Part shown: positions 18,412-28,139 of the stretch, piece by piece
How positions within the stretch are numbered: the stretch's first letter is position 1
Layout of the letters: the number at the start of each line of letters is the position of its first letter
Notes under the pieces: model-generated
Seen by the model: the letters and a program-made list of their open reading frames with translations, nothing else
Told to the model about the DNA's origin: nothing
Database searches by the model: none
Program-made: the position numbers and the translations under genes
DNA from: Atopobiaceae bacterium UBA5363
Lineage (GTDB): Bacteria; Actinomycetota; Coriobacteriia; Coriobacteriales; Atopobiaceae
Reading direction: 5' to 3'
NCBI GenBank assembly: GCA_002407925.1
Contig: DHPN01000030.1
Location: 3,209 to 67,208 of the forward strand
DNA length: 64,000 bases

Positions 18412-18440
18412 AAAAAAAGGGCCCGGTTGCCCGGGCCCTT
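18412..18440 (-). terminator. Rho-independent terminator
   Basis: Minus strand GGGCCCGG-GCAA-CCGGGCCC followed by T7. Confidence 0.85.
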
Positions 18441-18458
18441 AACTCTTAAGACTACCGT

Positions 18459-19772
18459 CTAGACAATGATGAAATAGATAACAAAGGCGATAGTTGCAAC
18501 CCACATAAGCGGCTTGACCTTTTTGATCTGGCCGGTGACTGCCGCGATAAGGACATAGGCGATGAAGCCCAAGCCGATGCCGTTGGAAATCGAATAGGTG
18601 AAAGGTATGCCAGCGACGATCATGAATGCAGGGAAGCCCTCAAGAATGTCGGACCAATCAATGTCAGCCACATCGGTCATCATAAGAAATCCGACAACGA
18701 CAAGGGCACCGCAGGTTGCAGCTGAACTTACAATGGCGATCAAAGGAGAGAAAAACGCGGCAAGGATGAAAAGAATGCCTGTTGCGATTGAGGTTAAGCC
18801 AGTGCGACCGCCATCAGCTGCTCCTGATGTGGACTCAACGAACGTCGTAATTGAAGATGCGCCAAGGAGGCCACCAACTGCTGCCGCAGCAGAGTCAACC
18901 GTGAGGATTTCCCTGATGTTTTCGACGGAGCCGTCCTCATTGAGGAAGTCTCCCTGCTTGGCAACTGCCATTGCCGTGCCCATTGTGTCGAAGAAGTCGG
19001 ACATCATGAGTGAGAAGGCGAAGACTAGCAGGACAGGCGTAGTAAGAGCTTTGGTGATGCCCATGACTCCTGCAGCATCAGTTTGAAACGGCGCGCCAAA
19101 CGAAGAGAAATCAAGGCCCGATACGATGCCTGTCGGCAACGTTGTGACCCCGAAAGGAATGCCAACAAGAACAGCGATCAAAATGCCCCACAGAAGCGAG
19201 CCGGGGACCTTTTTAGCATACAGAATTATCGAAATGATGATGGAGACTATGCCAATGATGAAAGTCGGCTCCGTCACGGTGCCGAGGGCAACCATGGTCG
19301 ATTCGTCAGCGACAATGATGCCGCCGTCCTTGAGGCCGATCATTGCGATGAAGAGGCCAAGGCCGACGGATATGGCATGGCGGAGCGACACGGGTATGGC
19401 ATCCATGATGGCCTTGCGCAAGCCACACAGCACCAAGACCAAGATGGCAATGCCCTCAATGAAGATGACAGCCATCGAAGCATGCCAATCACCGCCAGCA
19501 ATGGCAGTCAAAGAATAGGCGACGATTGCGTTGATGCCCATGCCCGAGGCGCAGGCAAGTGGCCGGTTAGAAAACACGCCCATAAGGATTGTCATGATGC
19601 CGGCGCCGAGGCAGGTAGACGTCACTGCGGCGGTGATAGGAACACCTGCTTCAGATAGCAGCGCTGGGTTCACCGCAATGATGTAAGCCATGGCCAGAAA
19701 CGTCGTAAGGCCAGCACGTAGCTCTTGCCCTGTCGACGATCCTCTCTCTAGGGTCTTAAAATGCTCATCCAT
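18459..19772 (-). CDS. AzgA/PbuG-like purine permease (NCS2)
   Basis: ELRAGLTTFLAMAYIIAVNP, GMGINA, DFFDTMGT, TFVESTSG..DGGRTGL. Confidence 0.92.
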   Translation of the reverse strand: MDEHFKTLERGSSTGQELRAGLTTFLAMAYIIAVNPALLSEAGVPITAAVTSTCLGAGIMTILMGVFSNRPLACASGMGINAIVAYSLTAIAGGDWHASMAVIFIEGIAILVLVLCGLRKAIMDAIPVSLRHAISVGLGLFIAMIGLKDGGIIVADESTMVALGTVTEPTFIIGIVSIIISIILYAKKVPGSLLWGILIAVLVGIPFGVTTLPTGIVSGLDFSSFGAPFQTDAAGVMGITKALTTPVLLVFAFSLMMSDFFDTMGTAMAVAKQGDFLNEDGSVENIREILTVDSAAAAVGGLLGASSITTFVESTSGAADGGRTGLTSIATGILFILAAFFSPLIAIVSSAATCGALVVVGFLMMTDVADIDWSDILEGFPAFMIVAGIPFTYSISNGIGLGFIAYVLIAAVTGQIKKVKPLMWVATIAFVIYFIIV

Positions 19773-19864
19773 AGGCTTCCCTTCCCTCTCTTATAAACTA
19801 ACTAAACGACGTAAAGCTTCTCGGTCTTCCTTCTGTCTGCCGAGAGAGCTATTTCAACAGTGCG

Positions 19865-20311
19865 TTATGCACCGCTGGAACCAAATCCTCCGGCCCCTCG
19901 GTCGGTCTCATCAAGCTCATCTACCTCAACAAGCTCGACGACAGGCACACGCTGAATGACGAGTTGGGCGATCCGCTCGCCGCGCTCGATGTGGATAGGC
20001 TGCTTTGAATCGAGGTTGATCGCGACGATTTTGAGCTCGCCACGATAGTGAGAATCCACAAGACCAGGAGTATTGGCCATTGATAGGCCCAAGCGCAGAG
20101 AAAGCCCGCTGCGAGGTTGTACGAAGCCCGCATAGCCCTCAGGGATGGCAATGGCAAGTCCTGTCGGCACGAGCTTGCGCTCCAGTGGCAGCAGCGTCAT
20201 CTCTTCGCTGGACCTAAGGTCCAATCCTGCATCTCCTGAATACGCATATGCTGGTAGTTCCACGGTTGGATCAAGGCGTTTAATGGGCAGTTGGATGTAC
20301 TCAGGACTCAT
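19865..20311 (-). CDS. dut: dUTP diphosphatase
   Basis: GDAGLDL, PRSGL, NTPGLVDSHYRGE, ERIAQL, RGAGGFGSSG. Confidence 0.97.
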   Translation of the reverse strand: MSPEYIQLPIKRLDPTVELPAYAYSGDAGLDLRSSEEMTLLPLERKLVPTGLAIAIPEGYAGFVQPRSGLSLRLGLSMANTPGLVDSHYRGELKIVAINLDSKQPIHIERGERIAQLVIQRVPVVELVEVDELDETDRGAGGFGSSGA

Positions 20312-20757
20312 TTGGAAAGACTCCTTAGCTCCTCGTTGAATTCATCGATATCCTTGAAATCACGATAAACTGAGGCGAAGCGCACATAAGCCACCTTATC
20401 GATATCGCGAAGACGCACAAGCACCATGCGGCCGAGCTCTTTTGAGCTAACCTCGCTCACACCGTCGTCGCGTAGCGTGTTCTCAATGTCACCAATCAGA
20501 CTGTCAAGCGTCTGCAACGGAATGTTGCGCTTTACAGTTGCCGTCAAAAGTCCATGCATAAGTTTCTGGCGATCGAACGTCTCTTTTGAGCCATCCTTTT
20601 TTATGACGATGAGCGGTGTTTCCTCACGCCGCTCATACGTCGTGAATCGATAGCCGCACCGGACACATTCACGGCGACGGCGGATTGCATCAGTGCTCTC
20701 GGACGGTCTGGAGTCAACAACCTTTGACTCTTCACATCCACACTTGGGACAGCGCAT
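20308..20757 (-). CDS. nrdR: Ribonucleotide reductase repressor NrdR
   Basis: MRCPKC...VVDSR...RRRRECVRCGYRFTTYE, ATP cone, VAYVRFASVY. Confidence 0.97.
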   Translation of the reverse strand: MRCPKCGCEESKVVDSRPSESTDAIRRRRECVRCGYRFTTYERREETPLIVIKKDGSKETFDRQKLMHGLLTATVKRNIPLQTLDSLIGDIENTLRDDGVSEVSSKELGRMVLVRLRDIDKVAYVRFASVYRDFKDIDEFNEELRSLSK

Positions 20758-20898
20758 CCTACTCCCCTGGTAGTATCTCTGTGTCTTAAAACAAAGACTA
20801 GCCTACAAGAAAAATAAAGAGACTGCACAGAAAATATCAAAATGGAAATACACTAGGTTGTAGTTATGAAATAAACCAGCTACAGAGCATGGTTATCC

Positions 20899-21306
20899 TC
20901 AGCTCCTATGGTATGTGTCTGGCACCCATAGCTTCTGCCCTGCTGATATGAGAGCTCCCTGCAAATGATTGCGCTTTTGTATGAGCCGAACCTCTTCTGT
21001 TGTGGTGAGGCCATCTATGGCACGCTCAGATGCGAGCGCCCACAGGGAGTCGCCATATGAAACGGTTATCTCTTCAAAGCTCAGGTTGGTCGCCAGCTGA
21101 CTTTCTCGTGAGAAGATCAAATGGTCTGATACGGCTGCTACCAACAAAAGCAGCACAATGGTCAGTATCGCAAAAATAGCTCCAACTGCTATACGACTGC
21201 GCCTCAAACGAGACTCTTCGCATGTGTGATCAGGAATCGCTTCAGCGGCTCCTCCTTCAACCAGCTGGAGGTAGGGAAATTCTGCTTGATAGCTCTTCGC
21301 TAACAT
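20899..21306 (-). CDS. Membrane LysM protein, YneA/ChiZ-like SOS division inhibitor
   Basis: One TM helix followed by VSYGDSLWALA...ISAGQKLWVP LysM; divergent from lexA. Confidence 0.78.
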   Translation of the reverse strand: MLAKSYQAEFPYLQLVEGGAAEAIPDHTCEESRLRRSRIAVGAIFAILTIVLLLLVAAVSDHLIFSRESQLATNLSFEEITVSYGDSLWALASERAIDGLTTTEEVRLIQKRNHLQGALISAGQKLWVPDTYHRS

Positions 21307-21395
21307 GCCGCCTTCGCAGGAGCACCTACATGGGCTATTCAAAGGCCTCTCCAATCCCTCGCATACCTCGGTGACCTGTCAGCAGGGCCAAAGAG

Positions 21396-21474
21396 GAACA
21401 CTTGTACGAAGAACGTCTGTATCCTATTATGAAGTTAGTCAGCCAAGCGTCAAGCAAATTGGGAACATTTGTTC
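21396..21474. promoter_or_regulatory. LexA (Cheo/SOS) boxes
   Basis: GAAC-ATTT-GTTC at 21463-21474 (perfect); GAAC-ACTT-GTAC at 21396-21407; GAAC-GTCT-GTAT at 21411-21422. Confidence 0.85.
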
Positions 21475-21526
21475 GTAAGCGATCTCCTTGATTGCCGCTG
21501 GGGTTTCAAAGACAAGAGGAGGTACT

Positions 21527-22192
21527 ATGTCAGGTAAGACGCTCAGCAAGCGCCAACAGGCTATTTATGACTATATCTGCTCCTACACGCAAGCCCATAG
21601 CTATCCCCCTTCGGTCAGAGAGATAGGCGCAGCTGTTGGGTTGGCCTCGCCGTCAACCGTACATATGCATTTACGAGTACTTGAGCAGCGTGGTTATATC
21701 AAGCATGATTCAAACAAGCCACGCACCATCGAGGTTGTTTCCTCCCATGACTCCTCTTCAGTTGCGCCTTCTTCTGAGGAAGAGCTTGCAGGGGTTTCTC
21801 AAGATCTTAACGCCAATACGATCTCGTTGCCCCTTGTTGGGCGCGTGGCTGCGGGCGCGCCGATTCTTGCTGAACAAAATGTTGAGGATACGCTTACGCT
21901 GCCTACGAGCATTGTGGGGGACTCCAGTTCCTTCGTCCTGCGGGTTCATGGGCGCTCCATGATCAATGCAGGCATCTTTGACGGAGATTTCATCGTCGTG
22001 CAAGAGCAACCGGATGCTCATGATGGGGAGATCGTCGTTGCGCTTATTGATGACTCTGCGACAGTGAAGACGTTCTATCGCGAGAAGGACTGCATCCGCT
22101 TGCAGCCGGAAAACGACTCGATGGATCCCATCTATGTCAAAAATCCCAAGATTCTTGGACGGGTTACGGCGCTTATCCGCTCGCTTTTCTAG
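21527..22192 (+). CDS. lexA: SOS repressor LexA
   Basis: YPPSVREIG, GRVAAG cleavage site, GRSMI (Ser), ATVKTF (Lys). ATG follows GAGGAGG. Confidence 0.97.
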   Translation: MSGKTLSKRQQAIYDYICSYTQAHSYPPSVREIGAAVGLASPSTVHMHLRVLEQRGYIKHDSNKPRTIEVVSSHDSSSVAPSSEEELAGVSQDLNANTISLPLVGRVAAGAPILAEQNVEDTLTLPTSIVGDSSSFVLRVHGRSMINAGIFDGDFIVVQEQPDAHDGEIVVALIDDSATVKTFYREKDCIRLQPENDSMDPIYVKNPKILGRVTALIRSLF

Positions 22193-22203
22193 GTTCTGAA
22201 GCC

Positions 22204-22956
22204 ATGGATACCACAAAAAGAAGTCAGCGCTTGCGCTTGTTTGATGCCGTGAGAGGCTTTTCCGTCATCTCAATGGTGCTCTTTCATCTGAGCTATGACC
22301 TTTATTTTCTTTGGGGGTTGCAGCTGCACTATTTTGAGCCCCCATTTCGTGACATTTGGCGGGCGTCAATTTCGTGGTCGTTTTTGTTCATTGCAGGCCT
22401 TATGTGCAATTTTTCTCATAACAATTTGCGACGTGCTTTGAAATATGGACTTGTTGCCCTGCTCATTTATGTTGTTACCACCATAGCTGCAGTGGACACC
22501 GCGATAAGCTATGGCATCATTTTTTGCATGGCTGCATCGACATTGATCGCATGGTGTCTCGAAAGGCTGCAGAGGTCTCGCCGCGCCCACCTGCTTCTCG
22601 GAATCCTTTTGTTTTCATTATTTTTACTAACATTGCATTTGCAGGAGGGTTTTTGGGGGATTTTAGGTATCGAGGTGCGCATCCCTGCAGCTCTCTTTTC
22701 AACGCCGTGGCTTTCTTGGCTCGGCTTCCCTGGACCGCACTTTGCTTCAGGAGACTACTATCCTATTCTGCCCTATACGCTGCTCTTCCTAGGCGCCGCC
22801 CATATAGGCGCTTTCATACGTGGCCATGGTGGCTTCCCGCAGTGGTGCAAAAAATGTGGCTGTCGTCCCCTTGAGTTCATTGGCAGGCATGCGCTTGCCG
22901 TCTATATTTTTCATCAGCCGCTGCTGTTGCTATGTTGTCAGCTTCTAATCGCTTAG
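22204..22956 (+). CDS. DUF1624 / heparan-alpha-glucosaminide N-acetyltransferase-like membrane protein
   Basis: FDAVRG..ISMVLFH..YDL, SGDYYPILP, IGRHALAVYIFHQP. Confidence 0.85.
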   Translation: MDTTKRSQRLRLFDAVRGFSVISMVLFHLSYDLYFLWGLQLHYFEPPFRDIWRASISWSFLFIAGLMCNFSHNNLRRALKYGLVALLIYVVTTIAAVDTAISYGIIFCMAASTLIAWCLERLQRSRRAHLLLGILLFSLFLLTLHLQEGFWGILGIEVRIPAALFSTPWLSWLGFPGPHFASGDYYPILPYTLLFLGAAHIGAFIRGHGGFPQWCKKCGCRPLEFIGRHALAVYIFHQPLLLLCCQLLIA

Positions 22957-24260
22957 CTGTCCTCATTCCCATGTTCAACGGCATAGGATTTGAGGAGGGT
23001 GGCCATGCGTGAAGAGGCTTTGATGGTCGCGAACACACCCTTCTGCTCGTAGCGCTCGTTTAAGACTTGGCAGCTTTCATGAACCATGTTTATGAGCATG
23101 CCGTTTTCATAGGGTATGAGAACGCTTATCGTCGTATCGCCTGCGGAAGCTTCTTGGGAGATGCGATAAAGCAGGCCACGCAAGCCCTTTCCTGTTAGGG
23201 CCGAGATAGCGACCGCATCTGGGTCATTCATCAAAAGCGTGTCGATAGCCTTCTGGTCGATCGTGTCACATTTGTTGTAGACGGTGATAGTCTTAATATG
23301 ATCTGCGCCAATTTGCTTAAGGACGTCATCTGTGGCGACGATCTCTCTGCTTGCATTTGGATCGCTGGCATCGACGACACGTAAAATCAGATCGGCTGAG
23401 CTCGCCTCGGCAAGCGTCGACTTAAAAGACTCAACAAGCGTCGTCGGCAGCTTTTGAATGAATCCGACCGTGTCGGTAATTGTGATTTTGCGGCCTTCTT
23501 CAAGCTCAAGAGCGCGTGTGGTCGGATCAAGCGTGGCAAAAAGCTCGTCTTTGACGTATACCTCAGAACCTGTAAGCTTGTTGAGAAGCGTTGATTTTCC
23601 AGCATTTGTGTAGCCAACAAGTGCTACACGGTAAACGCCGGAGTTCCAACGCAGCTTGTTTTGCGTTCCCCTGCGTGTATCGAGATCCTTCAGCTCTTGT
23701 CGCAACGTCGAAATGCGGCCGCGTACGAGACGCCTGTCCACTTCCAGCTGGCTTTCACCCATGCCAAATCTGCTGCCGATCCCACCGCGCGTTTGGTTGC
23801 CTGCCAGATGCGCCCACATCCCGCGCAGGCGCGGATAGAGGTATTGGAGCTGAGCAAGTTGGACTTGCAATCGGCCTTCATGGGTGTGGGCGTGCTGACC
23901 GAAGATGTCAAGGATGAGAGCAGTCCGATCAATGACTTTTGTGTCTCCCCCCACAATATGCTCGAGGTTCGCTTGCTGCGAGGGGCTGAGCTCATCGTCG
24001 AATATCACGATGTCTGCCTCGAGATTTGTCACATAGCCAACAAGCTCACTGGCTTTACCAGAGCCAATGAACGTACGTGGGACAGGTGCATCAAGGCGTT
24101 GTGTGATGCGCATCACGACATTCGCCCCGTCTGTCTCGGCAAGACGCGAGAGCTCATCGAGGGACTCCTTAACCGGCCACTGCTCACGGCCCAGATCCAC
24201 CCCAACCAATATGGCTCTTTCTGGTACGAACGCTGTTGATCTATATTTGAATCGTCCCAC
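22953..24260 (-). CDS. hflX: Ribosome rescue GTPase HflX
   Basis: LILDIF, GESQLEVDRR, GYTNAGKS, LFATLD, DTVGFI, NKCD. Confidence 0.97.
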   Translation of the reverse strand: MGRFKYRSTAFVPERAILVGVDLGREQWPVKESLDELSRLAETDGANVVMRITQRLDAPVPRTFIGSGKASELVGYVTNLEADIVIFDDELSPSQQANLEHIVGGDTKVIDRTALILDIFGQHAHTHEGRLQVQLAQLQYLYPRLRGMWAHLAGNQTRGGIGSRFGMGESQLEVDRRLVRGRISTLRQELKDLDTRRGTQNKLRWNSGVYRVALVGYTNAGKSTLLNKLTGSEVYVKDELFATLDPTTRALELEEGRKITITDTVGFIQKLPTTLVESFKSTLAEASSADLILRVVDASDPNASREIVATDDVLKQIGADHIKTITVYNKCDTIDQKAIDTLLMNDPDAVAISALTGKGLRGLLYRISQEASAGDTTISVLIPYENGMLINMVHESCQVLNERYEQKGVFATIKASSRMATLLKSYAVEHGNEDS

Positions 24261-25195
24261 TAATTGCTGCTCTCCTTGAGATTTGCAAGTATGAGTTGCA
24301 CAGCTTGCTTTTCGTCTACCCTATTGTAGTCGAGCCATTGTATGCGCCCATCACGACGCAGCCACGTGAGCTGCCGCTTCGCATAGTGTTTGGTGTTACG
24401 CTTTACAGCCAGCTTGGCATCTTCTAATGTGCAACGGCCTTCAAGGTAGTTGAGGACTTCTTTGTAGCCTATCGCTTGTCGAGCCGTCTGAGAGCTTTCA
24501 AGGCCTTGCGATCGTAGGCGCTTAACTTCTTCAACAAAGCCTACATCAAACATCTTGTCAACTCGACGCTCGATTCGATCATATAGCCTCATGCGATTCA
24601 TGGATATGCCCCAAATTCTGCAATCATAGTGAGGCGTGTGCTCATGCAATCTCTTGTTACCCTCAGCATATGAGAGGCCTTGGTCGTGCATCTCGAGCGC
24701 GCGTATCACGCGACGCACATTATGGGGATGAATCAGCTGTGCGCTCTGCAGGTCGCGCTTCACCAAAAGCGCGTAAAGTTTGTCAGGACCATACTTCTCA
24801 GCGAGCTGCTCATATCGCTTACGCGCGCTGTCGCCTGCTTTTCCAGAGGGGAAGCGCAGCTCGTCAATGGCCGCGTCAAGATAGAGGCCTGTTCCGCCAC
24901 AGAGCACAGGGACGCGCCTTTGTTTAAGAAAAGCGTTGATATAGCTTCGAGCCTGCTTTTGGAAAAGCTCTGCTGAGTAGCTTTGGGAGATGTCGGCGAC
25001 ATCTACCATTAAAAGGTGGGCGCGTCTTTTATCAGCTGGCGTCTTGGCAGTGCCAATATTCATGCCACGATATATTTGCATTGCGTCGACAGAAATGACC
25101 GCCGAAGAGAGGCATACGGCAAGCTGCTCAGCCAATGAGCTTTTGCCAGATGCCGTTGGGCCTACGACTGCGATAACGGGGCCTGCAAGACTCAA
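24260..25195 (-). CDS. miaA: tRNA dimethylallyltransferase
   Basis: GPTASGKS, DAMQIYRGMNIGTAK, GGTGLY, YAKRQLTW. Confidence 0.97.
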   Translation of the reverse strand: MSLAGPVIAVVGPTASGKSSLAEQLAVCLSSAVISVDAMQIYRGMNIGTAKTPADKRRAHLLMVDVADISQSYSAELFQKQARSYINAFLKQRRVPVLCGGTGLYLDAAIDELRFPSGKAGDSARKRYEQLAEKYGPDKLYALLVKRDLQSAQLIHPHNVRRVIRALEMHDQGLSYAEGNKRLHEHTPHYDCRIWGISMNRMRLYDRIERRVDKMFDVGFVEEVKRLRSQGLESSQTARQAIGYKEVLNYLEGRCTLEDAKLAVKRNTKHYAKRQLTWLRRDGRIQWLDYNRVDEKQAVQLILANLKESSN

Positions 25196-26562
25196 TGAGG
25201 CTCACCTTCAAGCTCGCCACGTAAATACCACGTACGTGCCTCATCGACTTTCACATTGCAAAATCTGCCAATGAATTCTTCCGCGCTATACTTAGCTGGA
25301 AGTGGGAAAAGGACGGTCTGGTTGCGCTGGCTGTGGCCGACCAACATGTGTTTATTCTTCTTCGAGACGTCTTCGACAAGCGACTCGACGATACGGCCAT
25401 TAAAAGGCCTGTTGGCCTCATAGGCTAGATCCTCCACGAGCTTCGCCAACCTGTCAAAGCGCTCTTGGATGACCTCATGAGGCGTATTGTCAATCATTTT
25501 TGCTGCAGGCGTGCCCGGACGCTTGGAAAAGATGAAGGTAAATGCTGAGGCGAATCGGACTTCTTTCACCAAAGAGAGCGTTTCCTCGAAATCTTCTTCC
25601 GTTTCTCCGGGGAAGCCCACTATCAAATCTGTCGACAAGGCAATGTCAGGCATCGCCTGACGGATCCTCCTAATGAGTCCAAGATATCCCTCACGCGTAT
25701 AGCTGCGGTTCATAGCATGCAAAATCCGTGTAGAGCCGCTCTGAACTGCAAGATGAAGCTCTGGCATCACGTTTTTCGTCTCCGCCATCGCAGCTATGGT
25801 GTCATCAGAGAGGTCCTTGGGGTTCGAAGAAGTGAAGCGTATTCGCTCTACACCCGTTGCTCCAACTGCGCGGAGAAGCTCTGCGAAGCGCGGTTTGCCA
25901 TAGAGATCGCGTCCATAGGAATTTACATTTTGTCCGAGAAGGCAGATCTCCTTTACCCCGTCTTCAACCAGCGACTCGCACTCTCGAATGATGTCGACCA
26001 TCTCACGACTTTTTTCACGACCCCGTACATAGGGAACTATGCAATAGGTGCAAAAGTTATTACAACCAGACATGATGGGAACCCATGCATGAAAGCGGCG
26101 AGCACGATGGCTTGGCAGCTCCGTTGCAAACCCCCTGCCCTGCTCGACAGTATCGACCTCTAAGCTGCCCTTTGTATCCGTATAGGCCCTCTCTATCAAG
26201 CTGGGAAGCTGTGCGAGCGCGCTCGTGCCGAACACGACATTGATGCCAGGGATATGCTTGCTGAGCTCAGCGCCGTCCCGTTGAGCTATGCAGCCGCCAA
26301 TTGCGACAATGCGCCTTCCAGAAGGGGGATCTGGCACGCTTACCATTGAAGAGGCCTGGCCATACAGTCGTGTGTCTGCCTTCTCGCGTACGCAGCAGGT
26401 CATAAAAACCACGATGTCTGCTTGGCTGAAAGAGTCAACTGCAATACAGCCGCACGAATCGAGCAAACCTGCGACACGTTCTGCGTCATGGAGATTCATC
26501 TGGCAGCCGAATGTTTTTACGAGATAGGTCTTGCCAACCAAACAATGATGATTATCGCTCAT
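25192..26562 (-). CDS. miaB: tRNA i6A37 methylthiotransferase
   Basis: TFGCQMN, CNNFCTYC, GQNVNSYG, C-terminal TRAM domain; adjacent to miaA. Confidence 0.95.
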   Translation of the reverse strand: MSDNHHCLVGKTYLVKTFGCQMNLHDAERVAGLLDSCGCIAVDSFSQADIVVFMTCCVREKADTRLYGQASSMVSVPDPPSGRRIVAIGGCIAQRDGAELSKHIPGINVVFGTSALAQLPSLIERAYTDTKGSLEVDTVEQGRGFATELPSHRARRFHAWVPIMSGCNNFCTYCIVPYVRGREKSREMVDIIRECESLVEDGVKEICLLGQNVNSYGRDLYGKPRFAELLRAVGATGVERIRFTSSNPKDLSDDTIAAMAETKNVMPELHLAVQSGSTRILHAMNRSYTREGYLGLIRRIRQAMPDIALSTDLIVGFPGETEEDFEETLSLVKEVRFASAFTFIFSKRPGTPAAKMIDNTPHEVIQERFDRLAKLVEDLAYEANRPFNGRIVESLVEDVSKKNKHMLVGHSQRNQTVLFPLPAKYSAEEFIGRFCNVKVDEARTWYLRGELEGEPH

Positions 26563-26918
26563 GCATCTCTCCGTATAGAGTGCGAATGGTCAGAATGAGA
26601 ATGATCAGGCCTCGGTGCTGAGACGGCAGTGCCCATTGTCGAGGATTCGCAAGAAATCTGGTGCACAAGGATTGATATGCGAACGGCGGTGCGAGCTTCC
26701 CCACCAATTTCTATGTCGGCAAAAGAAGGGGTGCAACTGATGTCAACACCGGTTGGAATCAAAAAGCCCCGCGCTATGGCTACGGCTTTTATAGCTTGGT
26801 TGACAGCGCCGGCACCGACCGCTTGCAGCATGCATGGAGCGCCATCCTTGACCATTCCTGCTATTGCTCCGGCAACTGAAGCCGGAGAAGACTTGCTGGA
26901 GACCTTGAGAAAATCCAT
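26559..26918 (-). CDS. spoVS: SpoVS-family (Alba-like fold) protein with His-rich tail
   Basis: LKVSSKSSPASVAGAIAG...QAVGAGAVNQAIKAVAIARGF. ATG 26918 follows AGGAG. Confidence 0.9.
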   Translation of the reverse strand: MDFLKVSSKSSPASVAGAIAGMVKDGAPCMLQAVGAGAVNQAIKAVAIARGFLIPTGVDISCTPSFADIEIGGEARTAVRISILVHQISCESSTMGTAVSAPRPDHSHSDHSHSIRRDA

Positions 26919-27037
26919 TTGTTGCTCCTGGTACGACAAAATTGCAATGGTAATGTGTTGTTAGTCCGTTGGCAGCCTGGTCATAGTGTAACGCAAAGCT
27001 TGAAACTGGCATTCGCGACCGCATGTGCGAGCATACG

Positions 27038-28126
27038 TTAACCCTCACTTGAGACTTTAAAGCTTACCGTTATACGCCCATGGCCAACGTTTAGCTTCGG
27101 ACCTTCGGCTAAATCAAGATAGTAGCGTTTTGAGAGAAAAGCGAAATCGCGCTCCATCATACGCAAGAATTCTTCTCGATCATTGCGTGCAATCCTCAGC
27201 CCACGCCTGTCAACTAGGAGATTTACTGCGCGCTCATCATTGCCAAAATCTGAGCTTTTATGAGCCAAGCGTGCATAGGCATTACGTAGTGGCTTTATTT
27301 GTCCGGAAAGAATCCGATGGATGGTGCGCTCTGAGAGCTCGAGGCCTATGCCCTGCGCAACAGACCTTAGCTCGCGAGCATCTGCTGCAACCCGCAAGCG
27401 TTCTAGTAAGGGCAAGCTAGAGAGATCGTCAAGGAAAAGAAGATCAGCCGCAGAGACGCTAGGACGAACGCGATGCCTCGCTGTGGCGACGACCTCTGCC
27501 GGCGAGCCTACGTAGACTTCGCAACTGTCATGCTCCTCAAGGGCGAATTCGCAACAGGAGCGGATAATGTTGTGAGGGCCTCGTGTGACGCTCTGCTCTC
27601 CGTCGTCATCGCAGCCAAGGGTTGGCCAGCTCGATTGATCTGTTCGCTCTGGTAAAGCATTTGCATCCGTTACGAGTTGGATTGCCGTTCCCTTTTCAGG
27701 AGCTGAGTCAACGACTTTTGCCGACAGTGAGTTTTCTCTTACAGAATAAAGTGCCATCCCCCGGCCATGCACACCCCATCGATCCATATGTGCTGAGTCA
27801 AGCTTTGAAGTCACTCGTGCTTCAAAGATGTGCTCCTTCATGTCATCTGGAATGCCTGAGCCATCATCGATAATTGTTGTCGTTCGCAGATTTGCCTCGC
27901 GGGAGGTGGCTACATAGATGTGATGTGCCCCTGCATCACGAGAATTGCGCAAGAGTTCAATCACAGCATCCTCTACGCAGCGTATGTCATGTTTCGCTTG
28001 ACGGCGTTCAGCCTCATCAACGCGCAGCCTCACATAGCCTTCACCGAGGTTTTGCTCAACGCGCATCTTGGTTCCTGCTACATCAGCGACAAACTCTACG
28101 AGATCGCTCACTTGTGACGTTGACAT
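27038..28126 (-). CDS. Stand-alone GHKL (MutL-like) ATPase of unknown function
   Basis: ELLRNSRDAGA, DDGSGI, VTSK, GVHGRGMALYS, KGT. Confidence 0.8.
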   Translation of the reverse strand: MSTSQVSDLVEFVADVAGTKMRVEQNLGEGYVRLRVDEAERRQAKHDIRCVEDAVIELLRNSRDAGAHHIYVATSREANLRTTTIIDDGSGIPDDMKEHIFEARVTSKLDSAHMDRWGVHGRGMALYSVRENSLSAKVVDSAPEKGTAIQLVTDANALPERTDQSSWPTLGCDDDGEQSVTRGPHNIIRSCCEFALEEHDSCEVYVGSPAEVVATARHRVRPSVSAADLLFLDDLSSLPLLERLRVAADARELRSVAQGIGLELSERTIHRILSGQIKPLRNAYARLAHKSSDFGNDERAVNLLVDRRGLRIARNDREEFLRMMERDFAFLSKRYYLDLAEGPKLNVGHGRITVSFKVSSEG

Positions 28127-28139
28127 TTGGATCACCTAG

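Noticed and set aside
19773-19864. Purine riboswitch upstream of the purine permease
   Set aside because: A hairpin is present but the purine aptamer core is absent.
20850-20865. Possible NrdR box ACACTAGGTTGTAGTT upstream of nrdR
   Set aside because: Half-site spacing is one base off the 16-bp consensus; too weak without a PWM scan.
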